A stretch of 25,447 nucleotides of DNA from a virus (taxonomy: Duplodnaviria > Caudoviricetes), in the IMG/VR virus record IMGVR_UViG_3300042888_004067, positions 1-25,447 of that record. One strand, given 5' to 3'. The notes beneath the pieces were generated by a model. It was not told where the DNA came from. It saw only the letters and a program-made list of their open reading frames with translations, and made no database searches. A program made the translations under genes and the position numbers. The stretch's first letter is position 1; every line of letters begins with the position of its first letter. Of this stretch, positions 16,395 to 25,050 are shown piece by piece.

Positions 16395-16594
16395 ACTTTG
16401 TTAATTCTTAAAAATTTCGGTTGGATAAAAATACATTTTTACAATTGTTTCTGGATAAATTTTATGTATTTGTAGCACTTAACCTTGCAATTGGTTTCTT
16501 GGTTTTTTGTTTTAAAATTCAGTCATCGGAACTTCCCTACTTTATGTACAATTTTTCAGAAAGTTCCACTACTTACCATTAACGCAGTTTTTTT

Positions 16595-17872
16595 TTATTT
16601 TGCTAATTTGTCGATTATTACTTTAAACCTTTTTGAAATATCTTCCCACTTCATAGCTGAAACTTTGTTGTAGGCGTTTTCTATTTTTTGCTTGACTTGT
16701 TCTTGTAATTCTGGTTCTTCGTTGGATAATCCATAAACCACTTCGCACAATGTTTTTACTTCCATTGGATTTGTAGTAAATCTTATTTTTTCAAAGTCAT
16801 TTACAAAAACTGCTTGTTGACTAAACATAAAATTCAAAGTATTTTCTCCGTTGTCTGTTATCTCTGTAATAGAAGTGTGTTTTGGACAAACTACAAGGGT
16901 TTTTGTAGCCATAGCTTCTGTAATTGTTAATCCCCAACCTTCCGCAGTTGTTGTTGTAATAAAGCAATCAAATGAATTATATATCTTATTCAATTCCTCT
17001 AGGGAACAACCTTTATTTTCTGAAAAGTCTTTTGGAAAAATAACATCCTTACCTACTTCTAGTCCTACCCTATCGCAAAGTCTTGGTATGTTTATACCCA
17101 TTGGGTCTATTGGGTTGCAATGAAGATACAACAAGGCGTTTGCACCAGTTGTATGTTTAAACATAGCAAATCCCATAATAAGACTTCCAAAATCCTTTCT
17201 TACTTGGTTTCTATTTACGCTTCCAAATACAAAAACATCTTCTGTTCCAAAAATTTCTTTTTTAGCTTCAATCTTTGCTTTTTCTTTGTATGGATAAAAA
17301 TCACTTGTATTAGTTCCGTGTGGTATAATTTTAATCTTTTTATATTGTGTGTCTGAAATCAAAGGTTTCATTACTGCTTTGGCATATTCAGTATAAGTAA
17401 CTACTTCGTCAAAAAATTGAAGCACTTTTAAGTCAGACATTCTAGGTTCGCTATCAATTGGAAAATAAATCATCGACTTAAAGCTTGGTCGGTTTTCTTT
17501 TCGTTTTGTATTTTTTACATCTTTTAGTTGCTCCCACATAGGATTAATTACCTCTACATCTTGTAGAAAAAATAAAGCATCAAAATCATTTTGATAAATT
17601 AGTTTAAGTAATTCTATTCTTCTATAAAAATCTTTTGCAGTGTCTTTATCGCCAGTCATTAAAGCTGGTATTACTTTTACATTTGGTAAGTAATCGTAAG
17701 TGCTTTTACTTGCATCATTAAGTCCAAAAATTACAATACTTAATTTTTTATCTTTTGCCCATTCATTAACTAATTCTTTTGCTACTGCTCCAAACCCAGT
17801 TGTGCAATTCCAATCGGCATATACTAATAATGATTTTTGTATTTCTTCTTTATTGCGGTGTACGACTTCCAT
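16595..17872 (-). CDS. Glycosyltransferase, GT-B fold (GT4-like)
   Basis: N-terminal TGFG loop, IIPHG, NRNQVRKD and EGWGLTITEAMA (E-x7-E motif). Confidence 0.9.
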   Translation of the reverse strand: MEVVHRNKEEIQKSLLVYADWNCTTGFGAVAKELVNEWAKDKKLSIVIFGLNDASKSTYDYLPNVKVIPALMTGDKDTAKDFYRRIELLKLIYQNDFDALFFLQDVEVINPMWEQLKDVKNTKRKENRPSFKSMIYFPIDSEPRMSDLKVLQFFDEVVTYTEYAKAVMKPLISDTQYKKIKIIPHGTNTSDFYPYKEKAKIEAKKEIFGTEDVFVFGSVNRNQVRKDFGSLIMGFAMFKHTTGANALLYLHCNPIDPMGINIPRLCDRVGLEVGKDVIFPKDFSENKGCSLEELNKIYNSFDCFITTTTAEGWGLTITEAMATKTLVVCPKHTSITEITDNGENTLNFMFSQQAVFVNDFEKIRFTTNPMEVKTLCEVVYGLSNEEPELQEQVKQKIENAYNKVSAMKWEDISKRFKVIIDKLAK

Positions 17873-17911
17873 AATTTGTTGTTTTAAGTTTCTGGTTGTA
17901 AATATAATAAA

Positions 17912-18538
17912 TTAATCAATTCCTTGCTCTCTATTGTCTGACAAACTCATAACGTGGTATGTTGGAGGACAATTTTCTGCTTTTTTGTGTTTACCATTTT
18001 GCATCATACTTTGTATTAACGCCCAATCGTGTCCGTAGTGTTCATTATGCAAAGGCATTTGTCTTAAAAAATCAGTTCTTACAATTAGCTCACTATGACC
18101 TATTCTTCCGTATTGCAATTCAGCATTTCTTATAGCGTTTCTCGGTTTAACTTCCGAGTTAAAGTAAACAAAATCCAAATCAGTATCTTCTATTTGAGAA
18201 AGGTAGTTCTCAAAATGGTTTGGTAAGATAATATCATCATTAGCATAAAAAACAAAATATTTACCTTCTGCTATTTTTATGTTGTTATTAGTAATTGCAA
18301 ATCCGTGTCCACCTTGATTAGTTGGATTATTACATATCATTAAATCATTTCCATTATAGGAACATTGTTCAATCAATTCGTCAAAATATTCGCTATCTAT
18401 AAAATCTTGCATTATTGGACAACCATCTCCTACTACATACGCTTCCCATCCATTTATGTTTTGATTAGCAATACAGTTTATTGCTCTTATAGTTCTTTGT
18501 GGTCTGCCAAAGCAAGGCATTGATACTGTTAATCTCAT
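17912..18538 (-). CDS. Glycosyltransferase, GT-A fold (GT2-like)
   Basis: LTVSMPCFGRP, YVVGDGC, NQGG, GKYFVFYANDD (DxD-like) and GHDW. Confidence 0.85.
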   Translation of the reverse strand: MRLTVSMPCFGRPQRTIRAINCIANQNINGWEAYVVGDGCPIMQDFIDSEYFDELIEQCSYNGNDLMICNNPTNQGGHGFAITNNNIKIAEGKYFVFYANDDIILPNHFENYLSQIEDTDLDFVYFNSEVKPRNAIRNAELQYGRIGHSELIVRTDFLRQMPLHNEHYGHDWALIQSMMQNGKHKKAENCPPTYHVMSLSDNREQGID

Positions 18539-18792
18539 AATCCTTTTTCTTTTTTATAAATTTCTAATAATTGTTTACTATCATTTTGTAATTTTAAATG
18601 CGAATCGTATTTTTCTGATACTTTTAAATACCACTCCGCAAATCCAATAGCAAAGTCATCCGCTACTTGCTCTAACTTAATTAATTCACTTGGTGCTAAT
18701 ATTGTACATTTAGTATCGCAATATGCAATATCACAATCTTTACAATTAATAATTTTAAATTTATCTTTTAGTGTCATAATTTTTTTCCACAA
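18535..18792 (-). CDS. Hypothetical phage protein
   Basis: ATGA overlap with the next gene; ADDFAIGFAEW...LLEIYKKEKGL pattern typical of small phage ORFs; true start may be at 18777. Confidence 0.6.
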   Translation of the reverse strand: MWKKIMTLKDKFKIINCKDCDIAYCDTKCTILAPSELIKLEQVADDFAIGFAEWYLKVSEKYDSHLKLQNDSKQLLEIYKKEKGL

Positions 18793-18965
18793 GTATTACA
18801 ATGTTCCATTTCAAATTTTAAAAAGAAGTGTTCTCTTTCAAGTTTATGATACCTTTCAATATCTAAAAAATACCTTGATGCTTGTTCTAAATTCAGTTTG
18901 TCGTTATTAAATTGCAACCGTTCCATTTTCTTTTCAATTGATTTTAGTTTTTGTTTCGGTGTCAT
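18774..18965 (-). CDS. Hypothetical protein with C-terminal CxxC
   Basis: Tightly packed ORF ending HCNTCGKKL. Confidence 0.6.
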   Translation of the reverse strand: MTPKQKLKSIEKKMERLQFNNDKLNLEQASRYFLDIERYHKLEREHFFLKFEMEHCNTCGKKL

Positions 18966-18967
18966 AA

Positions 18968-19456
18968 TTAATTTATTATAAATTTAATATATCCTTGACT
19001 ATTATAAACCCAATCTTTTCCTTCATAAAATTTTGCATCGCCCCTAAAATCATACGACCCTCTAATACCTAATGAAACTTTCGGCAATACTTTAACTTCT
19101 ACTCCAGATTCAAATCCAAATATTGCGTTAGTAGCAGACCTATTAATTACTCCTAATTTTACACCAGTAAAAACATTTGTTCTTACATTGTAAACGCTAC
19201 TTGCAAAATTCAATCCGATTCCAGAAGCTATCTCTAAATAACCATCTTTTAAATCAGCATAGTGTATTTGAGGTCGAATATAAATTCCATTGCTAAATTC
19301 AGCTTGAAACTCTACACCACCGTAAAACAATCCTTTTTGAAATACTACATTATCGGTTGTAAGTTGAATTGAAAATCTATCTTTATCTTGCAAATTAATT
19401 TGAGAAAAACATATTGTTGACATCAACAAAATGGTAATTAAAATTTTATTTTTCAT
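18968..19456 (-). CDS. Putative small outer-membrane beta-barrel protein
   Basis: Signal peptide MKNKILITILLMSTICFS/Q; alternating amphipathic Gly/aromatic strands (FYGGVEFQAEF, FGFESGVEVKV, VSLGIRGSYDF); last strand GYIKF. Confidence 0.7.
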   Translation of the reverse strand: MKNKILITILLMSTICFSQINLQDKDRFSIQLTTDNVVFQKGLFYGGVEFQAEFSNGIYIRPQIHYADLKDGYLEIASGIGLNFASSVYNVRTNVFTGVKLGVINRSATNAIFGFESGVEVKVLPKVSLGIRGSYDFRGDAKFYEGKDWVYNSQGYIKFIIN

Positions 19457-19465
19457 ATTTTAAAT

Positions 19466-19633
19466 TTACATTTTTTCTATCTCCTTTTTTACATCGTACC
19501 AATATTTGCTTCCAGTTTCTTTTATCAATTCATTAACTGTTATTAATGCACATTGTTTGGCTCTTTCCATATATTTTATCTCATCATGAAATTTATTTAC
19601 TAATTCTTTTGCTTTTTCTTTTGCGCTAATCAT
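19466..19633 (-). CDS. 55-aa hypothetical phage protein (not in ORF track)
   Basis: Manual translation MISAKEKAKELVNKF...AKQCALITVNELI...YWYDVKKEIEKM*; pattern I recognise from small ORFs of Bacteroidota phages. Confidence 0.7.
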   Translation of the reverse strand: MISAKEKAKELVNKFHDEIKYMERAKQCALITVNELIKETGSKYWYDVKKEIEKM

Positions 19634-19644
19634 AACTATCTATA

Positions 19645-19722
19645 TTAATCTTTTTCAACATAACCTACTAAAACAAACTTTCCGTAAAACCATTTGTAGT
19701 ATGGAACTTTCTCTACTTTCAT
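19645..19722 (-). CDS. 25-aa hypothetical peptide
   Basis: MKVEKVPYYKWFYGKFVLVGYVEKD*; fills the gap in a tightly packed operon. Confidence 0.4.
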   Translation of the reverse strand: MKVEKVPYYKWFYGKFVLVGYVEKD

Positions 19723-19725
19723 AAC

Positions 19726-19836
19726 TTAAAAATATTTAATGTATAATGCTGAAAAAGTAACCGCAAAAAAACCAAACATAATTAAATAAACAATAAACTC
19801 AATAAAGTTTTTTAAAACATAATTCCACTTTCTCAT
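19726..19836 (-). CDS. 36-aa membrane peptide
   Basis: MRKWNYVLKNFIEFIVYLIMFGFFAVTFSALYIKYF*; ATGA overlap with the upstream stop. Confidence 0.5.
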   Translation of the reverse strand: MRKWNYVLKNFIEFIVYLIMFGFFAVTFSALYIKYF

Positions 19837-20516
19837 AACTGCAAAGTTTCAAATTCATCAATAATTTCTTGTATCTCTGCTTCTGTAAATTTGTTTTTCA
19901 AATGTGTGTTTTGCTTTACACATCTTGGGGGAGTTCCAACGTAAAGTCCAAAGCATTTAGGGTTTACTTTTTTGGTAATAACCGTTCCCATTCCAATCAT
20001 ACTTCCAGAACCAATTCTTGAATACTGATGACAAACGCTACCTAATCCCATATTGACATATTTACCTAACAATGTATGACCAGCAATTATTACGTTACAA
20101 GCTAAAGTACAATTACTATGAATAGTGCTATCGTGTCCTATATGACTTGCTTTAAGCATAACAATATTATCGTATAAAATAGTTGGTTTTTCGCATCCAG
20201 CATTAATAGTAACATATTCTCGACATGTATTATCATTACCTATTACAACGCCTTTGTTTTCTTTTCCGAAATATTCTTTATGCTCTGGCTCTGTACCTAT
20301 TGAGCAAAATGCTTCAAATCTGTTATTGTTACCAATGATGGTATTCCCAGTTATATAGCAAAAAGCACCAATGTAATTGTTTTCTCCTAAAACAACATCT
20401 CCTTCAATAATAGCAGTAGGGTGTATGTAGTTATTACCACCTTTAATTACAATCTTATAACTACCATTTATTGTTGAGTTTTGATTTTTATTTTGATAAG
20501 GTGTTGTATCTTCCAT
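19833..20516 (-). CDS. LpxA-like left-handed beta-helix acyltransferase
   Basis: Hexapeptide repeats starting IHPTAII; LpxA-type motifs REYVTINAG, SHIGHD, AGH and CHQY. Confidence 0.8.
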   Translation of the reverse strand: MEDTTPYQNKNQNSTINGSYKIVIKGGNNYIHPTAIIEGDVVLGENNYIGAFCYITGNTIIGNNNRFEAFCSIGTEPEHKEYFGKENKGVVIGNDNTCREYVTINAGCEKPTILYDNIVMLKASHIGHDSTIHSNCTLACNVIIAGHTLLGKYVNMGLGSVCHQYSRIGSGSMIGMGTVITKKVNPKCFGLYVGTPPRCVKQNTHLKNKFTEAEIQEIIDEFETLQL

Positions 20517-20614
20517 TATTGTATATTGTTTATAATTTTAAATAAAAATAATAATAAAGCAAAAAAAACAACCCAAGCCAAAACTTCAATAAATACTCTT
20601 TTAATCTTTTTCAT
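20516..20614 (-). CDS. 32-aa membrane peptide
   Basis: MKKIKRVFIEVLAWVVFFALLLFLFKIINNIQ*; TAATG overlap with the next gene and 1-nt gap from the previous. Confidence 0.55.
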   Translation of the reverse strand: MKKIKRVFIEVLAWVVFFALLLFLFKIINNIQ

Positions 20615-20615
20615 A

Positions 20616-21242
20616 TTATTTATTAAATTTAGTTAGATACTTTTCTTCTGTTGGTAATCCACCCCACATATTAATATACATTTGTCTGTTTAGTGCAAAG
20701 CGGTTATTAATAGTTGGGTCTTTTGCTATCGTCATTGATTTACGATATGTAAATGGGTCTAAAAAGGAAGTCCACTCTTTTTTAGCACCGATTAAAGTCA
20801 TCTTATAATCAAAAGAATTATCTTCAAAATATGCTGGAAAAAATTCTTCGTCAAATTTACCAGCTTTTTTCCACGCATCTACCGTTAGAATATAACTGCA
20901 CCAATTATGAAATGAATTAATAAAGTCGGCATTTTCATTACTTTTTAATAGCACTTTAATTCCGTGTTCTGTTTTACCCAAGTAAATATCATCGTTCAAC
21001 ATTAAAACGTGAGTAGCTTCTACTTTTTCGGCATAATCCATTATTGTATTCCAGCTTTTAGCAACTCCTAAATTTTCTGTTGGTCGATAAATTGCAAATT
21101 TTTCTTCTCTAGTAATTATAGATTGATTTCCATTATCTACAATAAATATTTCAGTTTCTTGAAAGTCCTCAAAATATTTCTCTAATGCTTCATTAAGCAA
21201 GTCTGCTCTATTAAGTGTTGGTATTCCTATTATTAGTTTCAT
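20616..21242 (-). CDS. Glycosyltransferase, GT-A fold (GT2-like)
   Basis: IIGIPTLNR, FIVDNG, NLGVAKSWN, MLNDD and GKFDEEFFPAYFED. Confidence 0.9.
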   Translation of the reverse strand: MKLIIGIPTLNRADLLNEALEKYFEDFQETEIFIVDNGNQSIITREEKFAIYRPTENLGVAKSWNTIMDYAEKVEATHVLMLNDDIYLGKTEHGIKVLLKSNENADFINSFHNWCSYILTVDAWKKAGKFDEEFFPAYFEDNSFDYKMTLIGAKKEWTSFLDPFTYRKSMTIAKDPTINNRFALNRQMYINMWGGLPTEEKYLTKFNK

Positions 21243-21245
21243 AGT

Positions 21246-21380
21246 TTAGTTTTCTTGTTCGTATGCTTTTTTACAAGCTTTTGAGCAATAAGTATTTTCA
21301 CAAGGCTCTCCGCAAAATTCACATTCATTGTACATTGGTTCGTCTGGAGTTTGTTGTTTCCATTCATCGTAGTTTTCCAT
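21246..21380 (-). CDS. 44-aa zinc-finger-like protein (not in ORF track)
   Basis: MENYDEWKQQTPDEPMYNECEFCGEPCENTYCSKACKKAYEQEN*; CxxC...YCSxxC. Confidence 0.7.
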   Translation of the reverse strand: MENYDEWKQQTPDEPMYNECEFCGEPCENTYCSKACKKAYEQEN

Positions 21381-21390
21381 AAGTTTAAAA

Positions 21391-21801
21391 TTATTTTATT
21401 ATTGTTTTTATATGTTTAGCTATTTCTCCTTCTTTAAGTTGTGAAGTAACAACCTTTACAGAAATCTTATTATTTAATTTGTGAAAGCATTTCCGTAATT
21501 GTTTGTCGGTTAAAATACCATCTTGGTTAAGTGTATGTATATTAAATTTTAATTCTTCCACTTTAAACAAAAAATAGTCATCAAGCTCAAACCCTTGTTT
21601 ATTTAATTGCCATTTAAGACTAGCTTCGGTTAATCCAAAACTTAAATTTATTTCAATTTTTCTTGATTTTTTTTCTGTTGTTTTTTTTGGATAAACCATT
21701 CCAGTTATTTCGTCAAATATTTCATCGGTATTATCACAAACACTAGATACTTTTTTTTCAATTTCTTGAATTTCTTTTAATTGTTTTTTTGTTGGTTTCA
21801 T
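21391..21801 (-). CDS. Hypothetical protein
   Basis: 136-aa ORF in operon context; no motif recognised. Confidence 0.65.
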   Translation of the reverse strand: MKPTKKQLKEIQEIEKKVSSVCDNTDEIFDEITGMVYPKKTTEKKSRKIEINLSFGLTEASLKWQLNKQGFELDDYFLFKVEELKFNIHTLNQDGILTDKQLRKCFHKLNNKISVKVVTSQLKEGEIAKHIKTIIK

Positions 21802-21833
21802 ATTCTTGATTTTAAATTTTGTTATTTTATTTA

Positions 21834-22121
21834 TTAAAACATATCTACTGAATATTGTTTTGTTGCTTTTTGCGTAATAGATATTTTTTCAACTACTGCG
21901 CTTGTATAATAAATGTCCTTGTATTTTTTTGATTTTAAGTAATAAGTAATTTTTACATAATCTCCTTTTTCAAACCTTAACTGCGACACTAGTGCTTTTA
22001 TCTCTTGATAACAAACGAATGAAACTGGTAAGTATATTTCATCTTTTTTTACCCTAATAACGACTTGTGTTACCGTATCGCTAGAATTAATTATATCCAT
22101 TATTTTACCCACTACTACCAT
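21834..22121 (-). CDS. OB-fold, single-stranded DNA-binding-like protein
   Basis: VVGKI...PVSFVCY...FEKGDYVKITYYLKSKKYKDIYYTSAVVEKI resembles the SSB/DUF3127 OB pattern; located in the replication module. Confidence 0.55.
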   Translation of the reverse strand: MVVVGKIMDIINSSDTVTQVVIRVKKDEIYLPVSFVCYQEIKALVSQLRFEKGDYVKITYYLKSKKYKDIYYTSAVVEKISITQKATKQYSVDMF

Positions 22122-22157
22122 ATAGAAAATTATTATAAGTAAAATTAAATATTTTTT

Positions 22158-22982
22158 TTAATACTTTAACATTTCCATATTTATTTTTTTTAAAATATCT
22201 TCTAAATCCAAATTTAGTAAAAACCTATTCACTACAAACTCTCTTGCATACTTACGAATAATGTCTGTTTTATCAAATTGCATATCTGCTACTTTTTTAA
22301 AGCTTTCATTTTTAATTACGGTTTCGGTTACTTTCTTTTTTCTTTGTTCAATATATAACTTATTACCATATTCCATTGCTTCATCCCTTAATTCATTAGT
22401 TATAGAAATTAACTTGTTATACTTCACAAAATTATAAATAGAATCTCCAGCATCAATATAAGTTAGTCCTAGCGTATTTTCTTTTTTTGCTATGGTAAGT
22501 AATTGTTTAAAATTTGAAATTCTGTCTTTATCGGATATTGGAACAATTTCAGCTTCTTTTAATTTTTGTATGCTATCTCTAACTTTAAAAACGATAGTGT
22601 TTTTATGCTCTTGGTATGCTCTTAAAACTTTAGAAATATAAATTGGAGATAATTTACCGTAATGCTCGGCATCTGTATCTAGCTTTTGATTTGCTAATAA
22701 ATTAATACACTCTTTTATATCATAAGCATTGAATGTTGGAAAGTGTTCTTTAATAAAATTAGCCAACATATTTATTTCAGTTGCTTCTGGAGTTAAAATA
22801 CCAACATAAGTTGCCCACCTAACTATTAAAGAGTTTATCATCATCAAATCTTCTTTTGTTGAAAAATCCTTTAATCGTTTTTCAGTAATATAAGCATTGT
22901 ATATATTAATTTCTTTAGAAGTAGTATTTGGTAATGTTTTAGTTATTGAAACCGAGTTCTGTTGCTTTGATAACTTGTTCAT
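22158..22982 (-). CDS. Hypothetical replication-associated protein (possible helicase loader)
   Basis: Overlaps and follows the initiator, the position of a lambda P analogue; HYGKLSPIYISKVLRAY motif. Function inferred from position only. Confidence 0.45.
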   Translation of the reverse strand: MNKLSKQQNSVSITKTLPNTTSKEINIYNAYITEKRLKDFSTKEDLMMINSLIVRWATYVGILTPEATEINMLANFIKEHFPTFNAYDIKECINLLANQKLDTDAEHYGKLSPIYISKVLRAYQEHKNTIVFKVRDSIQKLKEAEIVPISDKDRISNFKQLLTIAKKENTLGLTYIDAGDSIYNFVKYNKLISITNELRDEAMEYGNKLYIEQRKKKVTETVIKNESFKKVADMQFDKTDIIRKYAREFVVNRFLLNLDLEDILKKINMEMLKY

Positions 22983-23589
22983 AAGCGTTTTCTTGTTTAG
23001 TTTTTTCTACATTAATATTTTCGTTTAGATAAGATTCAAACTTATTGCCAAACAAAGTATTTGGAGTTAAATAATCCTCAAACTTTGTATTTATCCATTT
23101 GGTTGCTTTTACACTAATAACTTTTATAAAATCATCTAACACATAGCCTTCTTTTAATCTAGCATTAATATTAGTTATAGCTACCTTTGAATTTGTTTTG
23201 AATGATTTTCCAGTACACTCATTTAAAAATTCAATAATTTTTTTAATTAGTTCATCATTGGTCTTTGGTTTAACTTGGGGTTGTCTTTGTTTTTTTTCTA
23301 CAACAACTTCTGGAGTTATAATCTCTGCAACAACAACTTCTGTTTCTATACAATTAAATATTATTTCGTTTCTTTTTTTAACTAAAGAATAATTTTTAAC
23401 ATAAATAGGAAATGTGTCTATACCATATTGAATAATTCGATAATAAGTACTTTTTGGAACATTTGGAGTTACACTTAATTTTATAACTTGACCTTCTTCG
23501 CCATTATATTGTATAAGCAAAGGCATCCACGTTTGATAGTATAATGCACCTTTTTTTCGTAAGTCTTTTATAAATAGCATTACATCCAT
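22939..23589 (-). CDS. Phage replication initiator with conserved phage C-terminal domain (Phg_2220_C-like)
   Basis: IIEFLNECTGKSFK...INARLKEGY...KW...YLTPNTLFGNKFESYLNE. Confidence 0.8.
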   Translation of the reverse strand: MDVMLFIKDLRKKGALYYQTWMPLLIQYNGEEGQVIKLSVTPNVPKSTYYRIIQYGIDTFPIYVKNYSLVKKRNEIIFNCIETEVVVAEIITPEVVVEKKQRQPQVKPKTNDELIKKIIEFLNECTGKSFKTNSKVAITNINARLKEGYVLDDFIKVISVKATKWINTKFEDYLTPNTLFGNKFESYLNENINVEKTKQENAYEQVIKATELGFNN

Positions 23590-23819
23590 TAATCATCAAT
23601 TAAATCATCATAAGATACGTTTAGTGCTTTCTTGATAGGTTTTAATGTATTGATGTTGAAGTTTGTTCTTTTACCATTTATGATTTCATTTAATATGTAC
23701 ATAGAAACAGATTGTCCGTTATTAGTTTCTTTAATTAAATTGTGCAAGTCCTTTTGTGTCATTCCTCGTTTAATGAGTATCTTGTACAACTTTGTAACTT
23801 CTATTTCTATTTTTTCCAT
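23589..23819 (-). CDS. XRE/Cro-like helix-turn-helix regulator
   Basis: KRGMTQKDL...LNEIINGKRTN...TLKPIKKALNVSYDDLI. Confidence 0.85.
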   Translation of the reverse strand: MEKIEIEVTKLYKILIKRGMTQKDLHNLIKETNNGQSVSMYILNEIINGKRTNFNINTLKPIKKALNVSYDDLIDD

Positions 23820-23882
23820 TGTCTATAATTTTTTGTTGACTACCACATTTTAAACAACAAATTAATGTTGCAACTGGTTTGC

Positions 23883-23890
23883 CAAATTTA
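23883..23890 (-). promoter_or_regulatory. Bacteroidota-type -7 box (TAAATTTG) upstream of the Cro-like/replication operon
   Basis: caaattta on +, intergenic, 64 nt upstream of the 23819 start. Confidence 0.45.
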
Positions 23891-23937
23891 TTAAATAATC
23901 TTTCAGCTATTTTATTTTTATGTGAGCAATTCACTTT

Positions 23938-24183
23938 TTATAAATTTAGCGTTGTAAATGCTTTTGTGTAATTTTTGTTTTTTGCAACATCGTTATAAAG
24001 TTCAACGAATTTTTTGCTACCAGATAATAATAAATATGTTCCTAGCTTTTGATGTATTTGTTCAGAAGAAAAACTTTTGGTGTTTTTAGCAAGTATATCC
24101 AATAAGTTATCCATTGCGTTAAAGGAAGGTGTTTTAATTAACTCCATTGTTATTGTATGTATTTGTATGTTGTAAAATTGCAA
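23938..24183 (-). CDS. Hypothetical protein (start probably at 24147)
   Basis: ATG of MELIKT lies 2 nt after the upstream stop; no motif recognised. Confidence 0.5.
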   Translation of the reverse strand: MQFYNIQIHTITMELIKTPSFNAMDNLLDILAKNTKSFSSEQIHQKLGTYLLLSGSKKFVELYNDVAKNKNYTKAFTTLNL

Positions 24184-24473
24184 AGTTGATTGTTTCTATC
24201 AAAAGAAGTATTAGGAATAGATTTAATATCATATCCTCTTTCTCTTAATTTAAAAATAATAGCCGATAATCTTGTTGCTCCATAAAGATTTATTGCAGTC
24301 CAGCTATCAATAGTTCCTTTTTCAATTAAATGTTTTTTTACTTGTGCAAACTTTGTATTTTGTTTTTCCACAACTTGTGTTTTTTTAGTTACTGGTTTAA
24401 CTTCGGGTTGCACCATAATTATTTCTTCTTTGTTAGATTTAAAAAGATTTAAAAAAAATTGTTTTAATTTCAT
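24150..24473 (-). CDS. Winged-helix DNA-binding protein (HTH_39-like)
   Basis: QVKKHLIEKGTIDSWTAINLYGATRLSAIIFKLRERGYDI. Confidence 0.75.
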   Translation of the reverse strand: MKLKQFFLNLFKSNKEEIIMVQPEVKPVTKKTQVVEKQNTKFAQVKKHLIEKGTIDSWTAINLYGATRLSAIIFKLRERGYDIKSIPNTSFDRNNQLCNFTTYKYIQ

Positions 24474-24496
24474 TTTATTTATTTTTAAGTTATTGA

Positions 24497-25018
24497 TTAT
24501 TTATTGCAATCTATTTCTTTTATTTCATAATTAGAATATGCGTTTACAAAAAAATCTTTTTGGATAATTTCTAAATTATGAGTAAACGTTTCGTATTTAT
24601 ATCCATTAACAAATCTAATTGTTTTAATTAGTTTATTGCTTAAATAATCAAATTGTTGGTCAGAGATATTGAAGTAAGCATTTCCATCACAATTAAATTT
24701 ATTCCAAGAAGTTAAAATTATTTTAGAATCATCATCAAATAAAAATATTAGCTGGTCATTTTCATCACAATTTCCAATATTAACATTAGATAAAATTAAA
24801 CCATTTTGTTCTAAATCATTATCAACTTTTTTAAAGCTAGGATAAATTGTAAATCCTTTTGTTTTTTCTGCATTAGAGCAAATTAATTTTTTTTTAGCAA
24901 AGTAATATTCCTTATCGGTCATATTGTCTTTACAATGTTCAATTACAAAAGTTTTTTTAATTTGAGAATAAGTACTAATAGATAATAATACTAAAGCAGA
25001 GATAATTGTTTTTTTCAT
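24497..25018 (-). CDS. Secreted/periplasmic hypothetical protein
   Basis: Signal peptide MKKTIISALVLLSISTYS/Q with Gln at +1, common in Bacteroidota; several Cys; own promoter box upstream. Confidence 0.7.
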   Translation of the reverse strand: MKKTIISALVLLSISTYSQIKKTFVIEHCKDNMTDKEYYFAKKKLICSNAEKTKGFTIYPSFKKVDNDLEQNGLILSNVNIGNCDENDQLIFLFDDDSKIILTSWNKFNCDGNAYFNISDQQFDYLSNKLIKTIRFVNGYKYETFTHNLEIIQKDFFVNAYSNYEIKEIDCNK

Positions 25019-25050
25019 TTTGTTGTTATTAAGTTATTGGTTTTGTTTTA

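Noticed and set aside
16528-16567. FRT-like recombination site
   Set aside because: Only 7-8 nt resemble FRT arms, orientation and spacing are wrong, and no recombinase is present.
16595-21242. Host chromosomal LPS/capsule locus
   Set aside because: No wzx/wzy/wzz or sugar-synthesis genes; the GTs are interleaved with phage-type micro-ORFs and continuous with the phage replication operon.
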